NCBI RefSeq assembly: GCF_022045235.1
Contig: NW_027266266.1
Span: 46,128,001-46,192,000, forward strand
Origin: Haliotis cracherodii
Lineage: Eukaryota
Direction: 5' to 3'
DNA: 64,000 nucleotides
Each line of letters opens with the position of its first letter. Position 1 is the stretch's first letter. The position numbers were made by a program, and so were the translations under genes. Below, piece after piece: positions 63,948-64,000 of this stretch. The notes beneath the pieces were generated by a model that saw only the letters and a program-made list of their open reading frames with translations, searched no databases and was not told the DNA's origin.

Positions 63948-64000
63948 ATCATTATATTGTGACAGGATACATGTATTTTACAGTATATGACTGGTCGTTC

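Overview
Animal genomic DNA, AT-rich and intron-containing; the SINE repertoire suggests a mollusc, probably a gastropod (inference). There is one 133-N assembly gap. The window starts with the last two coding exons of a UPF0489/C5orf22-like gene. The rest is a head-to-tail (+ strand) tandem cluster of seven cytosolic sulfotransferase (SULT1-like) units, reconstructed by hand from splice signals. SULT-1, -2 and -3 are intact (5 coding exons, 284 aa). SULT-4 is a one-exon relic broken by Tc1 and Penelope fragments. SULT-5 has only exons 1-2, both intact. SULT-6 is complete but has a GC donor and a W>R change. SULT-7 runs off the window end. Paralogues are mosaic (gene conversion), with hypervariable substrate loops and a shortened cap loop. 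A composite RTGACTCAGCA + TGATGAAAC motif (Nrf2 ARE + ATF4/C/EBP CARE consensus) recurs in upstream regions. Intergenic and intronic DNA holds several SINE families, MITEs, Helentron-type elements, a LINE with a nested Tc1, a decayed Polinton/adintovirus (pPolB + integrase) and large minisatellites. Repeat boundaries are approximate; exon boundaries were counted base by base.
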